From: Candidatus Omnitrophota bacterium
GTDB taxonomy: Bacteria > Omnitrophota > Gorgyraeia > 2-02-FULL-51-18
Assembly (NCBI GenBank): GCA_945877765.1
Contig: CAMDWQ010000001.1
Location: 22,253-86,252, forward strand
Length of the DNA stretch: 64,000 nt
Reading direction: 5' to 3'
Positions 49,344-59,369 of the stretch are shown here, piece after piece. The translations under genes were made by a program, and so were the position numbers. Position 1 is the first letter of the stretch. Each line of letters begins with the position of its first letter. Under the pieces are notes generated by a model, which was given only the letters and a program-made list of their open reading frames with translations, did not search any database and was not told the origin of the DNA.

Positions 49344-49817
49344 TTAAAGCGGTCCTTGAATCGATTTTTCCATCCTAATGGAATTCCCTTTGGCATTAAA
49401 CTGAACGCTATCCATCAATTGATAAATAAGATATATCCCGCGCCCGCCGCCCTTGAAAAGATTGTCCTGGTGCGTGCAATCGCTTAAATTAGCCGCCTTA
49501 AAACCCTTCCCGCGGTCCTCAAGATTTAACCATATTTTTTTTTCATTGAAACCGGCCTCCAGCGATACCGGAATCTCTTTCTTTAGGCAATTTCCGTACT
49601 TCATCGCGTTAATCAATGCCTCTTCCAGGCACAGACGGATATCAAAACGGTACGCATCGCTTAGTCCCAACGGCTTAAAAAAAGACAAAACTCGACTGCT
49701 CGTCTTTTGGACTTCAGATAAGCTACTTGGCACTAGCCATTTTTTTACGGCTGCGCTTTTTTTCGCTTTTGACAAAAATTTTTTCAATGGTTTCAAGCTG
49801 TGCCTCCTGGTACACAC
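49344..49817 (-). CDS. RsbW-like anti-sigma factor Ser kinase (HATPase_c_2); start uncertain
   Basis: EEALINAMKYGN, DRGKGF, GRGIYLI. Confidence 0.88.
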   Translation of the reverse strand: MCTRRHSLKPLKKFLSKAKKSAAVKKWLVPSSLSEVQKTSSRVLSFFKPLGLSDAYRFDIRLCLEEALINAMKYGNCLKKEIPVSLEAGFNEKKIWLNLEDRGKGFKAANLSDCTHQDNLFKGGGRGIYLIYQLMDSVQFNAKGNSIRMEKSIQGPL

Positions 49818-50754
49818 CGATGGTACGAAACTTCTGATAGCGCGCTTCTACAAGATCGCGACCACCTATCCCTTCAAGCTCTTTCAAATATTGATGGATC
49901 GCTTGACGCGTGGTTTCGGTAATTTCCTGAAAATTTTTATGCGCTCCCCCCAAAGGCTCTTTAACGATGCCATCAATCAGTTTCATCTCCAAGAGGTCCT
50001 TGGCGGTAAGCTTTAGAGCGGCGGCAGCCTCCGGCGCCTTCGTGCGATCTTTCCAAAGAATCGCGGCGCATCCTTCGGGTGAGATAACAGAATAATAGGC
50101 GTTTTCCATGACCAGCACGCGATCACCGACTCCAATTCCCAAAGCACCGCCGGAACCTCCCTCGCCAATAACACAAACAATGATCGGTACTTCGATGCGC
50201 GCCATCTCGCGAATATTGACGGCAATCGTGTAAGCCTGCCCACGCTCTTCGGCGCCAATGCCCGGATAAGCGCCAGGCGTATCCACAAAAGCGATGATGG
50301 GCAGTCCAAATTTTTGGGCCATATACATTAGACGAAGCGCCTTACGATAACCCTCCGGGTGAGCGCTTCCAAAATTCCTCATAATATTTTCTTTAGCGTC
50401 GCGACCTTTTTGGTGCCCCATCACTAAGCATGGCCGGCCTTCAAAGAGAGCAAACCCGCCAACCAGCGCCTTGTCATCCGCAAACGTCCGGTCCCCGTGA
50501 AATTCAACAAAATCGGTAAAAATCCCCTGAATATAATCTAGGGTATACGGGCGTCGAGGGTGTCTTGCAATTTGAACGCGCTGCCAAGGTGTTAGATTGT
50601 GGTAGATCTCTTTTTTGGCGACTTCAAGCCGTGATTCGAGCTTCTTAACCTCTGAGTCCAGATTCAAACTGCCGTCCGCAGAAAGGTTTTTTAGCTCCGC
50701 GATTTTCTTTTCAAGCTCAAGAATTGGTTTTTCAAAATCCAAGGCAATCATCAT
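49723..50754 (-). CDS. accA: Acetyl-CoA carboxylase carboxyltransferase alpha subunit
   Basis: LDFEKPI, ARHPRRP, GHQKGR, DTPGAYPG, GEGGSGGA, YSVISPEGCA. Confidence 0.97.
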   Translation of the reverse strand: MMIALDFEKPILELEKKIAELKNLSADGSLNLDSEVKKLESRLEVAKKEIYHNLTPWQRVQIARHPRRPYTLDYIQGIFTDFVEFHGDRTFADDKALVGGFALFEGRPCLVMGHQKGRDAKENIMRNFGSAHPEGYRKALRLMYMAQKFGLPIIAFVDTPGAYPGIGAEERGQAYTIAVNIREMARIEVPIIVCVIGEGGSGGALGIGVGDRVLVMENAYYSVISPEGCAAILWKDRTKAPEAAAALKLTAKDLLEMKLIDGIVKEPLGGAHKNFQEITETTRQAIHQYLKELEGIGGRDLVEARYQKFRTIGVYQEAQLETIEKIFVKSEKKRSRKKMASAK

Positions 50755-51410
50755 TAAATTTTATCCACAATAGTCACGACGGCTCCCGGAGGAATCATCC
50801 GGTAAAGCTCTTCGACTTCTTCATTTTTCATGCGCACACAACCCGCCGTCACTTGCTGCCCCAACGTCTGCGGCTCAATCGTTCCGTGAATCCCATAACT
50901 GGGCTTAGAGATTCCCATCCAGCGTGTTCCCAGCTGATTTTCGGGGCTGCCAGGCTTAATCGCATGATTGTCCTTATACCAGGTGGGGTTGACTAATTTG
51001 TCGGTGATCGTAAAAGACCCAACGGGCGTTGAGTTGTTGGTGCCGGTGGAAACCACATAAAGTTTAAGAATTTCTTCATCTCCCTTGAGCGCCATACGAT
51101 TTTTTGATTTATCCACTACTAGAGAGAATTTGTAAGTGGGGATTTTAAGTTTCATGCCAGGCCGAAGCTTTTTCTCTTCAATGCCGTTCACCATCATCAA
51201 AAGGTCGGCGGTCACGTGATTTTTTCGAGAAATTTTTGTATAATTATCGCCGGGCATGACGGTATACATCACCGAATGCGCATCAGGCTTTGGTGATAAG
51301 AGAATGGGGAATGCTGGTCCGGGCTCAGATTGGGGAACCTCGGAGGCTGCCCACGCTTGTGGAAGCGCTAAAAAGCAAAGCAGAATAATTAAAATAAGTT
51401 TTCGGCTCAA
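50754..51410 (-). CDS. LysM + L,D-transpeptidase (YkuD)
   Basis: YTVMPGD LysM; YGIHGT...TAGCVRM. Confidence 0.92.
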   Translation of the reverse strand: MSRKLILIILLCFLALPQAWAASEVPQSEPGPAFPILLSPKPDAHSVMYTVMPGDNYTKISRKNHVTADLLMMVNGIEEKKLRPGMKLKIPTYKFSLVVDKSKNRMALKGDEEILKLYVVSTGTNNSTPVGSFTITDKLVNPTWYKDNHAIKPGSPENQLGTRWMGISKPSYGIHGTIEPQTLGQQVTAGCVRMKNEEVEELYRMIPPGAVVTIVDKI

Positions 51411-51880
51411 ACGGTCCCCCGATAAAATAAAATGGCGATTAAAATTCCCAAAGCCCCGCCCGCATACACTTCCACAGGGGTATGCCCGACAAATTCTTTC
51501 AAGCGGTTTTCCTGAACCCCTTTATGCTCATAAATATCCTCAATAATTTGATTGAGAATTATCGCCTGACGGCCGCTATGCCGGCGCACGCCTTGAGCAT
51601 CAAACATGGTAATCACCGCAAAACCCAAAGCCAGCGCAAACAGACCAGAATCAAAACCGTATTGGAGACCGATGGAAGCCGCCAGACACATCGATAGCGC
51701 CACGTGAGAGCTCGGCATTCCCCCTGATCGAGCCAGCCAGCGAAAATCAAATTTTTTTGTGCGTAAAAGCCCTAAAAAAACCTTCATGGCCTGCGCCACA
51801 AACCAAGCGGCAAACGAGGCTGTGATTGCAGGATTGTGACCTAGTTGACTCAGAATGCTGCCAGAAGCTGTTGAAATCAT
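51407..51880 (-). CDS. Divergent PAP2 family (DUF212) membrane protein
   Basis: SGGMPSSH, MFDAQGVRR..GRQA, GHTPVEV. Confidence 0.92.
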   Translation of the reverse strand: MISTASGSILSQLGHNPAITASFAAWFVAQAMKVFLGLLRTKKFDFRWLARSGGMPSSHVALSMCLAASIGLQYGFDSGLFALALGFAVITMFDAQGVRRHSGRQAIILNQIIEDIYEHKGVQENRLKEFVGHTPVEVYAGGALGILIAILFYRGTV

Positions 51881-51972
51881 ATTTAAAAAATTGTTTATCT
51901 CCGAAGATTGGTCATATTATATAAATTTTGCTTAATCCCGGCAAGGAGATTACCGTAATCTATTTTTTTATA

Positions 51973-53382
51973 TTATTTACCAATACAAAATTTTCCGAAT
52001 AGAACATCAAGCATTTCGTCGTTTACTATTTCACCAAGAAGCTCTCCTAAACAATCCAGAGACAGACGCACATCCACAGCCACAAGTTCCGGCGAAAGAC
52101 GATCGCGGCAAGCGTCTTGCGCGCTCACAACCGCCTCTAGCATTTTCTGCAACACATCTCTTTGACGAACCGAGCTTATCACGCTCTCGCCCGCGTCCTG
52201 AGCCTTGCCCAGCCCTAGCCACTCCAGTATCTTTTTTTCAAGATTCACTATTCCCATTGCTTTCTGGCACGAAGTTTCAATGACGGCTGAATCAAAACCG
52301 GCATTCTCTAAAAGAGACTGGCTTATTTTCTTAGGAAGATCCGACTTATTTAATACGATCATCTTGGGTTTTGATTCTATTTCTTTGTATAGAGCGATAT
52401 CCTCCGCATCAAGCTCAGCGCCCGCATCTAGCACAAAAAGAACCAAATCGGACCCCGCGGCGGCAAGTCGCGAGCGAAAAACGCCTTCTTTTTCAATCGG
52501 ATGCGTCGTTTCCTGAATGCCCGCTGTATCGAAAAGTCTTACAGGAAATCCCTCAAGCTGAATCTCTTCCTCCACCACATCCCGCGTTGTCCCCGGGATC
52601 GGGGTCACAATCACACGATCATGATGCGCTAGGCGGTTCATTAAGCTAGACTTTCCCGCATTAGGACGGCCCCAGAGAACGACACGCGCGCCCCGCTTAG
52701 CCAAAAGACCAAGCTCTGAGCTGCGAAGAAGACTTTGTATTTTGGTTTTGATTTCAAAAATTCTATTTTCTATTCCCGAATATTCCCCAAGCTCCAGATC
52801 ATCTTCCGGAAAATCAATGGAGGCTTCAAGAAAAACTAAAATTTCAAGAAGCGTCTTTTTCATTTCGGCAATTTTTTTAGAAAGCTCCCCTTCAAGTTGG
52901 GCGCTGGCCCATTGGCGGCTTTTTTCAGTTTTGGCCTGGATCAGGTCCAGTACCGCTTCGGCCTGCAGCAAATCGATGCGGCCATTTAAAAAAGCGCGCT
53001 TGGTAAATTCTCCGCCAGCCGCAAGCCGAGCACCTTCTTGAACTGCCAGCGCCAGCACTTCCTGCAAAACGATACTGCCTCCATGAACTTGGATTTCCAC
53101 GACATCTTGAGCGGTGTAGCTTTTAGGGGCTCTCATGACCAATAAGATGGCCTCATCGATGATCCTTGAACCTCCCAACACAGAGCTTTTGGCAATCACG
53201 TGACCATACTGCGCGGTAAAACCTTTTTGATCAGCTACCAATTTTTTGCTGCCAGACACAAATATTTTTTCCGCAATCGCAAGTGACTCCCTTCCTGATA
53301 GGCGCACAATGCCCACGCCACCCTCGCCCACAGCCGTCGCGATTGCCGCAATCGTATCCTGGTCCGATTCTCTTCTCGTCAT
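51973..53382 (-). CDS. mnmE: tRNA modification GTPase MnmE
   Basis: DTIAAIAT, GEFTKRAFLNGRIDL, GRPNAGKSS, GTTRD, DTAG, C-terminal FCIGK (ORF track starts at 53415). Confidence 0.97.
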   Translation of the reverse strand: MTRRESDQDTIAAIATAVGEGGVGIVRLSGRESLAIAEKIFVSGSKKLVADQKGFTAQYGHVIAKSSVLGGSRIIDEAILLVMRAPKSYTAQDVVEIQVHGGSIVLQEVLALAVQEGARLAAGGEFTKRAFLNGRIDLLQAEAVLDLIQAKTEKSRQWASAQLEGELSKKIAEMKKTLLEILVFLEASIDFPEDDLELGEYSGIENRIFEIKTKIQSLLRSSELGLLAKRGARVVLWGRPNAGKSSLMNRLAHHDRVIVTPIPGTTRDVVEEEIQLEGFPVRLFDTAGIQETTHPIEKEGVFRSRLAAAGSDLVLFVLDAGAELDAEDIALYKEIESKPKMIVLNKSDLPKKISQSLLENAGFDSAVIETSCQKAMGIVNLEKKILEWLGLGKAQDAGESVISSVRQRDVLQKMLEAVVSAQDACRDRLSPELVAVDVRLSLDCLGELLGEIVNDEMLDVLFGKFCIGK

Positions 53383-53386
53383 GATA

Positions 53387-54703
53387 TTAATTTTCCACCA
53401 TTTTTTTGCGGGCAAGCGCCACTAAATAGAGCGAGCCTGTAACCAACACCAGATCGTCGTCGCCCGCGTCATGACAGGCTTGAGAGAATAAGGTTTGAAA
53501 ATCACGATCCATCACGGATTTTTTGCCCAGTCCCTCAATCGCCTCGGAAATTTTTTCGCATGCCAGAGAGCGATCGTGCCCCGACTGAGTCACATAAAAT
53601 TGATCGGTTTCCGGTAAAAGCTCTTCAAGTATTCCTGCCAAATCCTTGTCTTGGGAAACCCCCAATACCACCAAGAGCCGGGTAAAATGAAAATGCCTTC
53701 GCAATCCCAGAAGCATACGCCGCATACTTTCGCGGTTATGCGCTCCATCCACAACAATCTGCGGGTGATCAGAAATTTTTTCAAGCCTCCCAGGCCAGCG
53801 CGCATCGCGCACACCCTGCTTGACGGCTTCGGGACTGATCTTGATACGCGTCTTATCTTCGAAACAACCCGCCATTGCTATCGCCTGCGCCGCATTTTCC
53901 ATTTGATGTTCACCTAAAAGATGGAGCGTTAAATCATAATAGCTTCCAAATGGCGTTTTGACATCCAGCTTTTGGAAATCGGGTCCATGATTGCGCTCCA
54001 TGAGCTTCACTTCACGTCCCAGCCAAAATAATTTGGCCTCGCGCTCTAGCGCTGTTTCCGTGATGACGCCCTCCGCCTCCCGGGATTGCGCCGCAGATAC
54101 CACGTGTTCGCGGCCCTTAATCACCCCGCATTTTTGGACAGCGATTTTTGAAATTGTCTTTCCCAGCTTATCGGTGTGCTCAAGACTGATCGGTGTCATC
54201 CCAACGACCTTTGCTTCCGCAATATTGGTCGAATCATACAACCCCCCAAGACCTACTTCCAAAATAGCTACTTGGACCTTCATTTCCTTAAAATGAACAA
54301 AAGCAAGAGCTGTTAACACTTCGAAATAGGTTGGCATGTCCTTTCGCCACGAATATTCATCGAGCATTTTTGAAAGGGGTGTCAAATACTCAGCAAAACG
54401 GGTTTCGCTAATCTCAAGCCCGTTCACTCGAATCCGTTCCCGCACATCCGAAAGGTGGGGCGAAGTATAGAGCCCTACTTTTAAGTTTTCCATGCGTAAG
54501 ATCGAACTTAAAATCGCGGCGACTGAGCCCTTCCCTTTGGATCCGGCGATGATGATTGACGGATACGCCTTCTGAGGATTCCCCAGTGATTTGACCAATC
54601 GACGCATGCGATCCAAACTCATCGCTTCGGGATATTCAAACGACTTTTCTTTTTCTAGATTGGTGAGGGTCTCTAGATACTCCAAAGAGTCAGGATAATT
54701 CAT
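53387..54703 (-). CDS. folC: Folylpolyglutamate synthase / dihydrofolate synthase
   Basis: GSKGKGS, YTSPHL, TYFE, EVGLGG, WPGRLE, DGAHN, TGSLY. Confidence 0.95.
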   Translation of the reverse strand: MNYPDSLEYLETLTNLEKEKSFEYPEAMSLDRMRRLVKSLGNPQKAYPSIIIAGSKGKGSVAAILSSILRMENLKVGLYTSPHLSDVRERIRVNGLEISETRFAEYLTPLSKMLDEYSWRKDMPTYFEVLTALAFVHFKEMKVQVAILEVGLGGLYDSTNIAEAKVVGMTPISLEHTDKLGKTISKIAVQKCGVIKGREHVVSAAQSREAEGVITETALEREAKLFWLGREVKLMERNHGPDFQKLDVKTPFGSYYDLTLHLLGEHQMENAAQAIAMAGCFEDKTRIKISPEAVKQGVRDARWPGRLEKISDHPQIVVDGAHNRESMRRMLLGLRRHFHFTRLLVVLGVSQDKDLAGILEELLPETDQFYVTQSGHDRSLACEKISEAIEGLGKKSVMDRDFQTLFSQACHDAGDDDLVLVTGSLYLVALARKKMVEN

Positions 54704-54731
54704 AAGGATTGCTCGATTGCTTTAGGGAAAA

Positions 54732-55280
54732 CTACGCTTGTCCAGCGTCCGCCGCCGGAGTCGCCAAAATTACCGCGGGAGCAGCGGGGACAGCGGGAGC
54801 GGGGACATCGGGGACAGTGGCTGCCGAAACCGGAGCCGATGCGCTGCTCAACCGTTTTTTTGCTTCTTCGAGGAGCGTCATCAGACCCTCCTCGCGCTGG
54901 GCCTGCTTTTCTATTTCCGCCGTAAGTTCAGAAATTTTTTTTTCTTTTTGATCGTTGTCTGCAACGAGCGTTTCATTCACGTACTGCAAAACTTTGTCCT
55001 TGCCCAACAGATCATCCATGGCCTGTTTATTTTTTTGTACTAACTCACTAAGCTTTTTCTCGATCTCCCCATTCTCACGAAGCAGTGCTTCGTTTTGCTT
55101 TTGTAAAAAATTTAGAGGTGCCTTTGCCTCGGCCAGCTGCCGCTCTAAATCTTCAATTATCGATTGCTCGTAAACGTAGAGGGCAATCAATCCTAAAAAA
55201 AGGCCGACAAAAACTGCTGACGCCAAAAAAAAACGGCGCGGGGATTCTTGTTTCTTGATGGCGTCAGCGGCTAGATTCAT
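54732..55280 (-). CDS. Single-TM coiled-coil hypothetical protein with Pro/Ala-rich tail
   Basis: Hydrophobic N-terminal helix, heptad pattern, operonic position. Confidence 0.7.
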   Translation of the reverse strand: MNLAADAIKKQESPRRFFLASAVFVGLFLGLIALYVYEQSIIEDLERQLAEAKAPLNFLQKQNEALLRENGEIEKKLSELVQKNKQAMDDLLGKDKVLQYVNETLVADNDQKEKKISELTAEIEKQAQREEGLMTLLEEAKKRLSSASAPVSAATVPDVPAPAVPAAPAVILATPAADAGQA

Positions 55281-55519
55281 TTTTTACAGGAATCTCCATC
55301 CGTTTTGCAACCAGGACACTTCATGCAGCAAGACACTAACTTTAGAATACCGGCTACACCAATCAGACCATACACAATCTTAGCACCCGTAGTTCCGCTT
55401 CCAAGAGCCATTGCCACTAAATCCATGTTGAAAATGCCGTAAAGGCCCCAATTAATAGCGCCTACAACGACAAGAAGCCCCGCCACCTTACAACCTGGAC
55501 AAACTCCGTTTTTCATCAT
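55277..55519 (-). CDS. DUF378 family small membrane protein
   Basis: LVVVGAINWGLYGIFNMDLV; RBS AAGGAGG. Confidence 0.88.
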   Translation of the reverse strand: MMKNGVCPGCKVAGLLVVVGAINWGLYGIFNMDLVAMALGSGTTGAKIVYGLIGVAGILKLVSCCMKCPGCKTDGDSCKK

Positions 55520-55580
55520 ACGCCCTCCTTGGTATTGCGTTGAACTACCGGACTAAAAAAATCTGACCTGGACACGTCTT

Positions 55581-57131
55581 TTAGTGTTTGAAGTGCCGCA
55601 CCCCGGTAAAAACCATACAAATTTTTGCTTTGTCGCAAGCATCAATGATCGCCTGGTCCTGAATAGATCCACCCGGCTGAATCACCGCACTGATTCCATG
55701 TTTGCGGGCAAGCGCAATGGAATCGGGCTTGGGGAAAAAGCCATCAGATGCAAGCACAGCCCCTTTAGATTTTTTTCCTGCTTTACGAAAGGCGGTCTCG
55801 GCTGAATCCACGCGGGATGTCTGCCCCATGCCCAAGCCTAATGTAGCACCATTTTTGGCGATGACGATTGCGTTTGATTTTAAATAGCGCGAAACCTTAA
55901 ACGCAAACAAAAGATCTGGGATTTGATTTTTTTTAGGTTTTAACTTCGTCACACATTGAAGATCTCCGGCAACAGGGTCTTTGGTATCGCCCTCCTGCAG
56001 CAGAAGCCCGCCGGAAACTTTTTTAAAATCATATTTCGCATCCGTATCCGCTTTGGTATCCATGACCAGAAGTCTTAGGTTTTTTTTCTGCGTCAAAATG
56101 GCAAGAGCGCCTTTTGAAAAACCGGCCGCAACGATGCACTCCAAGAAACCGCTTTTTGAAATTTCAGCCGCCGTCTTTTCATCCACTGGGCCGTTAAAAC
56201 CGACGATGCCTCCAAACGCTGACAACGAATCGCAGGCAAACGCGCTTTTAAACGCTTGAGCACTGTCGCGCCCCACGGCAAAGCCGCACGGGTTGGTGTG
56301 TTTGGTGATCACACACGCGGGTTCTTTAAAATCCGCCACCACATTCCAAGCTGCGTCTAAGTCCAGAAGGTTGTTAAATGAAAGCTCCTTGCCATGAAGC
56401 TGCTTAGCGTTAACAATTCCCTCGGACGCCGGAACCTCTTGGTAAAGCGTCCCCTTTTGATGCGGATTTTCTCCGTAACGCAAATCAGCCGATTTTTTAA
56501 AAGAAAGGTTGAAGGTTTCCGGAAAGTCTGTCGAAGAGGTCTTGTGCTCCTTATGGAAATAATCCGAAATCAGGCTGTCATAGGAAGCGGTTAACTTAAA
56601 TACTTTTCCGGCAAGTTGGCGGCCTGTGGACTCACTCAAAGAGCCGCCGTTTTGACGAAGTTCGGTGATAATCCTCTGGTAATCCGATGGATCGGACACC
56701 GAGGCCACGAAACGAAAATTTTTAGCGGCACTGCGCAGCATCGAAGGCCCGCCGATGTCGATCATTTCGATAATTTCCTGCTCTTTGGTCTTGCTGCGCG
56801 CCGCCTCCGCAAAGGGATAGAGATTAACCGCCAAAAGATCGATGGTGCCGATTTGATGCTCGAGCAGTGTTTGCATGTGCTTGGGATCATCCCGTAAAGC
56901 CAGAATGCCCGCATGCAAACGCGGGTGCAATGTTTTCACGCGGCCGCTAAGCATTTCCGGAAACTGGGTAATCTCCGCTACTTCTTTGACGGGGACTTTC
57001 TCTTTCCGTAAAAGCTCGGCCGTGCCTCCCGTCGAAATTAGCACAACGCCCAATGCGTGCAATGCCCTGGCAAAATCCAAAATCCCCGTTTTATCGTAAA
57101 CACTCAAAAGAGCCCGCTTTACCTTAATCAT
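55581..57131 (-). CDS. purH: Bifunctional AICAR transformylase / IMP cyclohydrolase
   Basis: RALLSVYDKTG, GRVKTLHP, IDIGGP, LRYGENPHQ, QPGGS, RHFKH. Confidence 0.97.
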   Translation of the reverse strand: MIKVKRALLSVYDKTGILDFARALHALGVVLISTGGTAELLRKEKVPVKEVAEITQFPEMLSGRVKTLHPRLHAGILALRDDPKHMQTLLEHQIGTIDLLAVNLYPFAEAARSKTKEQEIIEMIDIGGPSMLRSAAKNFRFVASVSDPSDYQRIITELRQNGGSLSESTGRQLAGKVFKLTASYDSLISDYFHKEHKTSSTDFPETFNLSFKKSADLRYGENPHQKGTLYQEVPASEGIVNAKQLHGKELSFNNLLDLDAAWNVVADFKEPACVITKHTNPCGFAVGRDSAQAFKSAFACDSLSAFGGIVGFNGPVDEKTAAEISKSGFLECIVAAGFSKGALAILTQKKNLRLLVMDTKADTDAKYDFKKVSGGLLLQEGDTKDPVAGDLQCVTKLKPKKNQIPDLLFAFKVSRYLKSNAIVIAKNGATLGLGMGQTSRVDSAETAFRKAGKKSKGAVLASDGFFPKPDSIALARKHGISAVIQPGGSIQDQAIIDACDKAKICMVFTGVRHFKH

Positions 57132-57957
57132 TTATTTCACCTTTTGTTTGCATCCTGACGCGTTGGAAATCGTCGGCTAAAATTTTAGTCACGGGACCGG
57201 GCAAGCCCGGCCCGATGAGCCGTCCGTCAAGCTTGACCACCGGTAGAATCTCCGAGGAGGTATTGGTCATAAAACACTCATCGGCATTGTAAATCTCGTG
57301 GCGTGTAAAAAAAGTTTCAAGCACTTCCAATCCCCGCTGGCGGCACAATTCAATCACAAACGCGCGTGTTACCCCACTTAAAATACCCGAACCTACCGAG
57401 GGTGTCAAAACCCTTTTTTTCTTAATAATAAAAAGATTGGACACAGTGCCTTCCGCGATATATCCCCCATCGCCCAAAAAGAGAAGCTCGTGTGCTTTTT
57501 GGCCGCTCTCATCCAAAGTGGCTAGCACCCCGCCGGCGTACTGAGAGCATTTGATCTGTGGATTATCCGCTTTTAAGCTCGGGCGGCGCAATACGGCAGT
57601 CTTCATCGCGACACCGGCTTGATACCACTCCTTTGGGTAAGACTTAAATTCTCTGACCAGGGCAGCAATCACACCTTCGCCCTCGCGGTCCCAGTGAATC
57701 GAAACTCGCACCATCGCGTCCGAATACCCGCTGGCTTGGAGAACTTCATCAATCCATGCACTCATCGCGTCCGCCTCCAGCGGAAGATGCTGCCCGAGGC
57801 CCGCACACGATTCTTCCAGCCGCTGCCAATGCTCGGCCAAATGAAAAAAGACACCCCCGTAAGCTCGAACCGTCTCAAAAACCGAAAGCCGATTTAAAAA
57901 AGAGAGGCTAAGGTTTTCGGAGTTGCTGCAAGATGGCTCGGGTGCCCCCTGCTCCAA
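57124..57957 (-). CDS. Aminotransferase class IV (aminodeoxychorismate lyase / IlvE-like); start uncertain
   Basis: VFETVRAY, HWQRL, EGTVSNLF, ILSGVTR, ADECFMTNT; possible TTG start at 57957. Confidence 0.85.
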   Translation of the reverse strand: MEQGAPEPSCSNSENLSLSFLNRLSVFETVRAYGGVFFHLAEHWQRLEESCAGLGQHLPLEADAMSAWIDEVLQASGYSDAMVRVSIHWDREGEGVIAALVREFKSYPKEWYQAGVAMKTAVLRRPSLKADNPQIKCSQYAGGVLATLDESGQKAHELLFLGDGGYIAEGTVSNLFIIKKKRVLTPSVGSGILSGVTRAFVIELCRQRGLEVLETFFTRHEIYNADECFMTNTSSEILPVVKLDGRLIGPGLPGPVTKILADDFQRVRMQTKGEIND

Positions 57958-59359
57958 AGAGAGCCGTGAGAACCGCCTCTGCCTTATAAAGGGTTTCGTC
58001 ATATTCTTTTTCCGGATCTGAATCCGCCACAATGCCGGCCCCCACCTGCAGATGGGCAACGCCGTCTTTGACCACTAAACTACGAATGATGATATTAAAA
58101 TCCATGTCCCCGGTAAAGCTAAAATACCCTAGCGACCCCGTATAAGGGCCGCGCGCTACCGGCTCCAACTGATCGATGATTTGCATCGACCGGATTTTCG
58201 GCGCACCGGTAATCGTTCCTCCTGGGAAAAAAGCTGAAAACGCATCCACCGCGTCGAGCCCTGTTTTTAGATCCGCGCTTATCGCCGAAACTAGATGTTT
58301 TACATGGGAATAATTTTCAATCGTCATGAGCTCATCCACGCGCACGCTTCCATATTCGGCGACGCGCCCAAGATCATTACGTTCTAAATCCACGAGCATA
58401 ATATGCTCCGCCCGCTCTTTTTCATTGATTAAAAGCTCTAGAGAAACCGCTCTGTCCTTTTGGGGGCCCCTGCCGCGAGCCCGCGTGCCGGCGATGGGAC
58501 GAGTTTGAAGACGGTCCCCTTCCAGCTTGAGCAAGCGCTCAGGCGAGCCCGAAAGAATCTGAAAATGACCCGCATCTAAAATTCCAAAAAAAGAAGAGGG
58601 GTTTACTTTTTTTAATTTTTCGTACACCGTTTCGACCGGCTCATTGAGCGAAAAACTAAGCCTCTGAGAAAGATTGGCCTGAAAAATATCCCCCTGGCGG
58701 ATAAAGCTTTTGGCGCGCTGGACCATCGAAATAAATTCGCGCCGGTTAACCGAAGCGCTTATTTTTGGCAGGGACGGCGTCCTTTTTGGCTGAGTCTTTT
58801 TTTTAGCGCGTTTTCTTTTTTTAGAAAAAAAACTTAAGATCTTTTTTTCTAAAATAGATAGCCGTCTCCCTGCAAGCCCTGCCTTGCGATGAACACAAAA
58901 AAGAAGTGCTTGTTTCTTTTGGTGATCAAACAAAACACCCTCATCAATCAAAAGAAAATACATCCAAGGAAGCCCCAAATCTTCTCTGGCGCTAGTAGAC
59001 AGGGACGGCTCCATTATTTTTTTGGCCTCATACCCGGCAAAACCAACAGCTCCCCCGCAAAAAGAAAGATCACCCGGCTTGCGCGTCACACGGCGGCTCG
59101 CCAGCAGTCGCTTTAGATGCAAAAGCGGCCTTCCGCGGACAACCTTGTTTTTTTTGCCTCTCACCTTAATGGTTGTTTGGCCCTGGCAATACTGGAAGAT
59201 GTGGGAGGGGTTCCCAGCCGCCAGCGAGTAGCGGCCCTGCCCCGGAAGAACGCGCGCGCTTTCCAAAAGAACCGCCGGTGGGCGCGCTCCCAGCGCCTGA
59301 TAGGCTTCCAGGGGGGTGATTTTGTTTTTAATTTTTTTAAAGAAAATGGAATATTTCAA
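57908..59359 (-). CDS. pabB: Chorismate-binding enzyme component I (PabB/TrpE family)
   Basis: LLES, GDIFQANLS, SPE, TRPIAGT, KERAEHIMLVDLERNDL, FPGGTITGAPK; next to a class IV aminotransferase and near folC. Confidence 0.8.
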   Translation of the reverse strand: MKYSIFFKKIKNKITPLEAYQALGARPPAVLLESARVLPGQGRYSLAAGNPSHIFQYCQGQTTIKVRGKKNKVVRGRPLLHLKRLLASRRVTRKPGDLSFCGGAVGFAGYEAKKIMEPSLSTSAREDLGLPWMYFLLIDEGVLFDHQKKQALLFCVHRKAGLAGRRLSILEKKILSFFSKKRKRAKKKTQPKRTPSLPKISASVNRREFISMVQRAKSFIRQGDIFQANLSQRLSFSLNEPVETVYEKLKKVNPSSFFGILDAGHFQILSGSPERLLKLEGDRLQTRPIAGTRARGRGPQKDRAVSLELLINEKERAEHIMLVDLERNDLGRVAEYGSVRVDELMTIENYSHVKHLVSAISADLKTGLDAVDAFSAFFPGGTITGAPKIRSMQIIDQLEPVARGPYTGSLGYFSFTGDMDFNIIIRSLVVKDGVAHLQVGAGIVADSDPEKEYDETLYKAEAVLTALFGAGGTRAILQQLRKP

Positions 59360-59369
59360 ATCGAATCAG

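Noticed and set aside
49453-50016. 187-aa plus-strand ORF and similar antisense ORFs across housekeeping genes
   Set aside because: They fully overlap well-supported minus-strand genes and have no recognisable motifs
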